Source of the DNA: Octopus bimaculoides
Taxonomy: Eukaryota
Length of the DNA: 64,000 nucleotides
Direction: 5' to 3'
NCBI RefSeq assembly: GCF_001194135.2
Contig: NC_069007.1
Span: forward strand, 22,156,545 to 22,220,544
This document shows, in pieces, positions 62,401 to 64,000 of this stretch. The translations under genes and the position numbers were made by a program. The notes under the pieces are model-generated. The model worked only from the letters and a program-made list of their open reading frames with translations. It made no database searches and was not told the origin of the DNA. The first letter of the stretch is position 1. Each line of letters starts with the position of its first letter.

Positions 62401-64000
62401 AAAGAACGAACGTATGTACATACGTAGGAATAAACGAACGAACTAACGAATGAGCGTACGTACTTACGTAAGTACGAACGAACGATCGAACGACGTACGA
62501 ACGTAAGTACGAACGAACGAACGTAATTACGTACGAATGATCATACGTACGTATGAACAGACGAACTAATGAACGAACGAACAAACGTAGGTACGAAGGA
62601 AAGAACGAATGAACGAACGAATGAAAGAACGTACGTACGAACGAACAAAAGAATTAACGAGAGAACAAACGAATGAACGATAGAAGGAACGAACGATCGT
62701 ACAAACGAATTCTCGAAAAAACGTAGGTACGTACGTACGAACGAACATACGTACGTACGTAGGAACGAATGAACGAACGAAGAAAAGAACGAACGAACGA
62801 AATAACGAAAAAACGTACGTACGTACGAACGAACAAACAAACGAAAGAACGAACGTACGTACGTACGAACTAACGACCGAACGAAAGAACGAACGAACGT
62901 ACGTACGTACATGCGTATGTACGTACAAACGACCGAATGAACGAAGGTACGTACGTGCGTACGAACGATCGAGCGAACGAAAGAACGAAACAATGAACAA
63001 ACGAACGAACAAACAAAGAATGAACTTACGTACGTAAATACGTATGTACATTCGTAAGTAAGTATGTACGAACGAACGAACGTACGTAAGAACGAACGAC
63101 CGTTCGTACGTACGAACGAACTAACGATCGAACAAACAAAAGGAAGAACGAATGAAGGAACGAACGAACGTAAGGATGTACGTAGGTACGAACGAACGTA
63201 CGACCGAACGATCGAAGGAACGAACGTACGTACGAATGAACGATCGTACGTACGTACATACGAACGAAGGAACTAGGGAGCGAACGTACGAACGAACGAT
63301 TGATAGAACGAACGTATGTACTTACGTAAGAACGAACGAACGATCGAATGAACGAATGAACGAACGTACGTACGTAAGTACGAATGAACGAATTAACCAA
63401 CGAACGAACGAGAGAACGAACGTATGTATATACGTACGAATGAACGAACGATCATACGTACGTACGTACTTAGGTACGTATGAACGAACGAACGAATGAA
63501 ATAACGTACGTACGAACGAACATACGTACGTAGGAACGAACGAACGATGGAATGAACGAATGAACGAACGAACGTAGGTAAGTACCGCACCTAGGTACGT
63601 ACGTAAATACATAACTAAGTACGTACGTACGAATGAACAAACAAACGTACTTACGTATGAACGAATGAATGAAAGAACGAAAGTACGTAGGTACGAATGA
63701 TCGCACGAACGAACGAACGAACAACGAATGAACTTACGTACGTAAATACGTATGTACATTCGTAAGTAAGTACGTACGAACGAACTAACGATCGAACAAA
63801 CAAAAAAAAGAACGAATGAAGGAACGAACGAACGTAAGGATGTACGTAGGTACGAACGAACGTACGACCGAACGATCGAAGGAACGAACGTACGTACGAA
63901 TGAACGATCGTACGTACGTACATACGAACGAAGGAACTAGGGAACGAACGTACGAACGAACGATTGATCGAACGAACGTATGTACTTACGTAAGAACGAT
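35418..64000. repeat. Large CpG-rich satellite built from CGTA/CGTT tetramers with higher-order repeats (runs off window)
   Basis: Continuous ttcg/tacg mosaics, with recurrent spacer motifs (tatttcctgcctacg, aacgtaactacg, ttaattcgttcgattg). TTCG-rich on + up to ~56440, AACG-rich after. Eight N gaps inside. Confidence 0.98.

Noticed and set aside
35207-63923. Hundreds of long ORFs ([10 protein letters not shown] / NERTNERTYV type) in the satellite
   Set aside because: Tetramer repeats rarely generate stops. The ORFs overlap in all frames, span N gaps, and show no domain or splice structure.
35418-64000. Repeat-plus-spacer appearance reminiscent of a CRISPR array or an encoded message
   Set aside because: There is no constant direct repeat with unique spacers; the spacer words themselves recur in blocks. 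No cas genes, and the context is eukaryotic and intronic.

Overview
AT-rich, intron- and repeat-rich eukaryotic (animal) genomic DNA with assembly gaps. The SINE/MITE families and (TA)n/(TG)n load look octopus-like, but the taxon is my inference. The window holds two convergent genes. (1) CNOT2 (CCR4-NOT subunit 2 / NOT2) is on + and can be rebuilt by hand from 15 GT-AG coding exons (2428-25588, phases all compatible) ending in a full NOT-box domain, plus a 36-nt upstream exon at 1425-1460. (2) The last three exons of TMTC3 (TPR region of the O-mannosyltransferase) are on - (35238 to 32380). Introns carry tRNA-derived SINEs, TTAA-ended and hAT-type MITEs, a ~690-bp foldback element, two decayed internally deleted mariner copies and an RTE LINE tail. 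From ~35418 to the window end (at least 28.6 kb including gaps) lies a CpG-rich satellite built from CGTA/CGTT tetramers. It starts ~180 nt upstream of a TMTC3 splice acceptor, has higher-order repeat structure, many GTAAGT (5' splice-site) hexamers and perfect palindromes, and flips orientation at ~56440 with no gap at the junction. This satellite-filled, apparently giant intron is the most unusual feature. Most ORFs in the supplied track are repeat artefacts. I see no evidence of a novel protein-coding system, CRISPR array or structural RNA gene.
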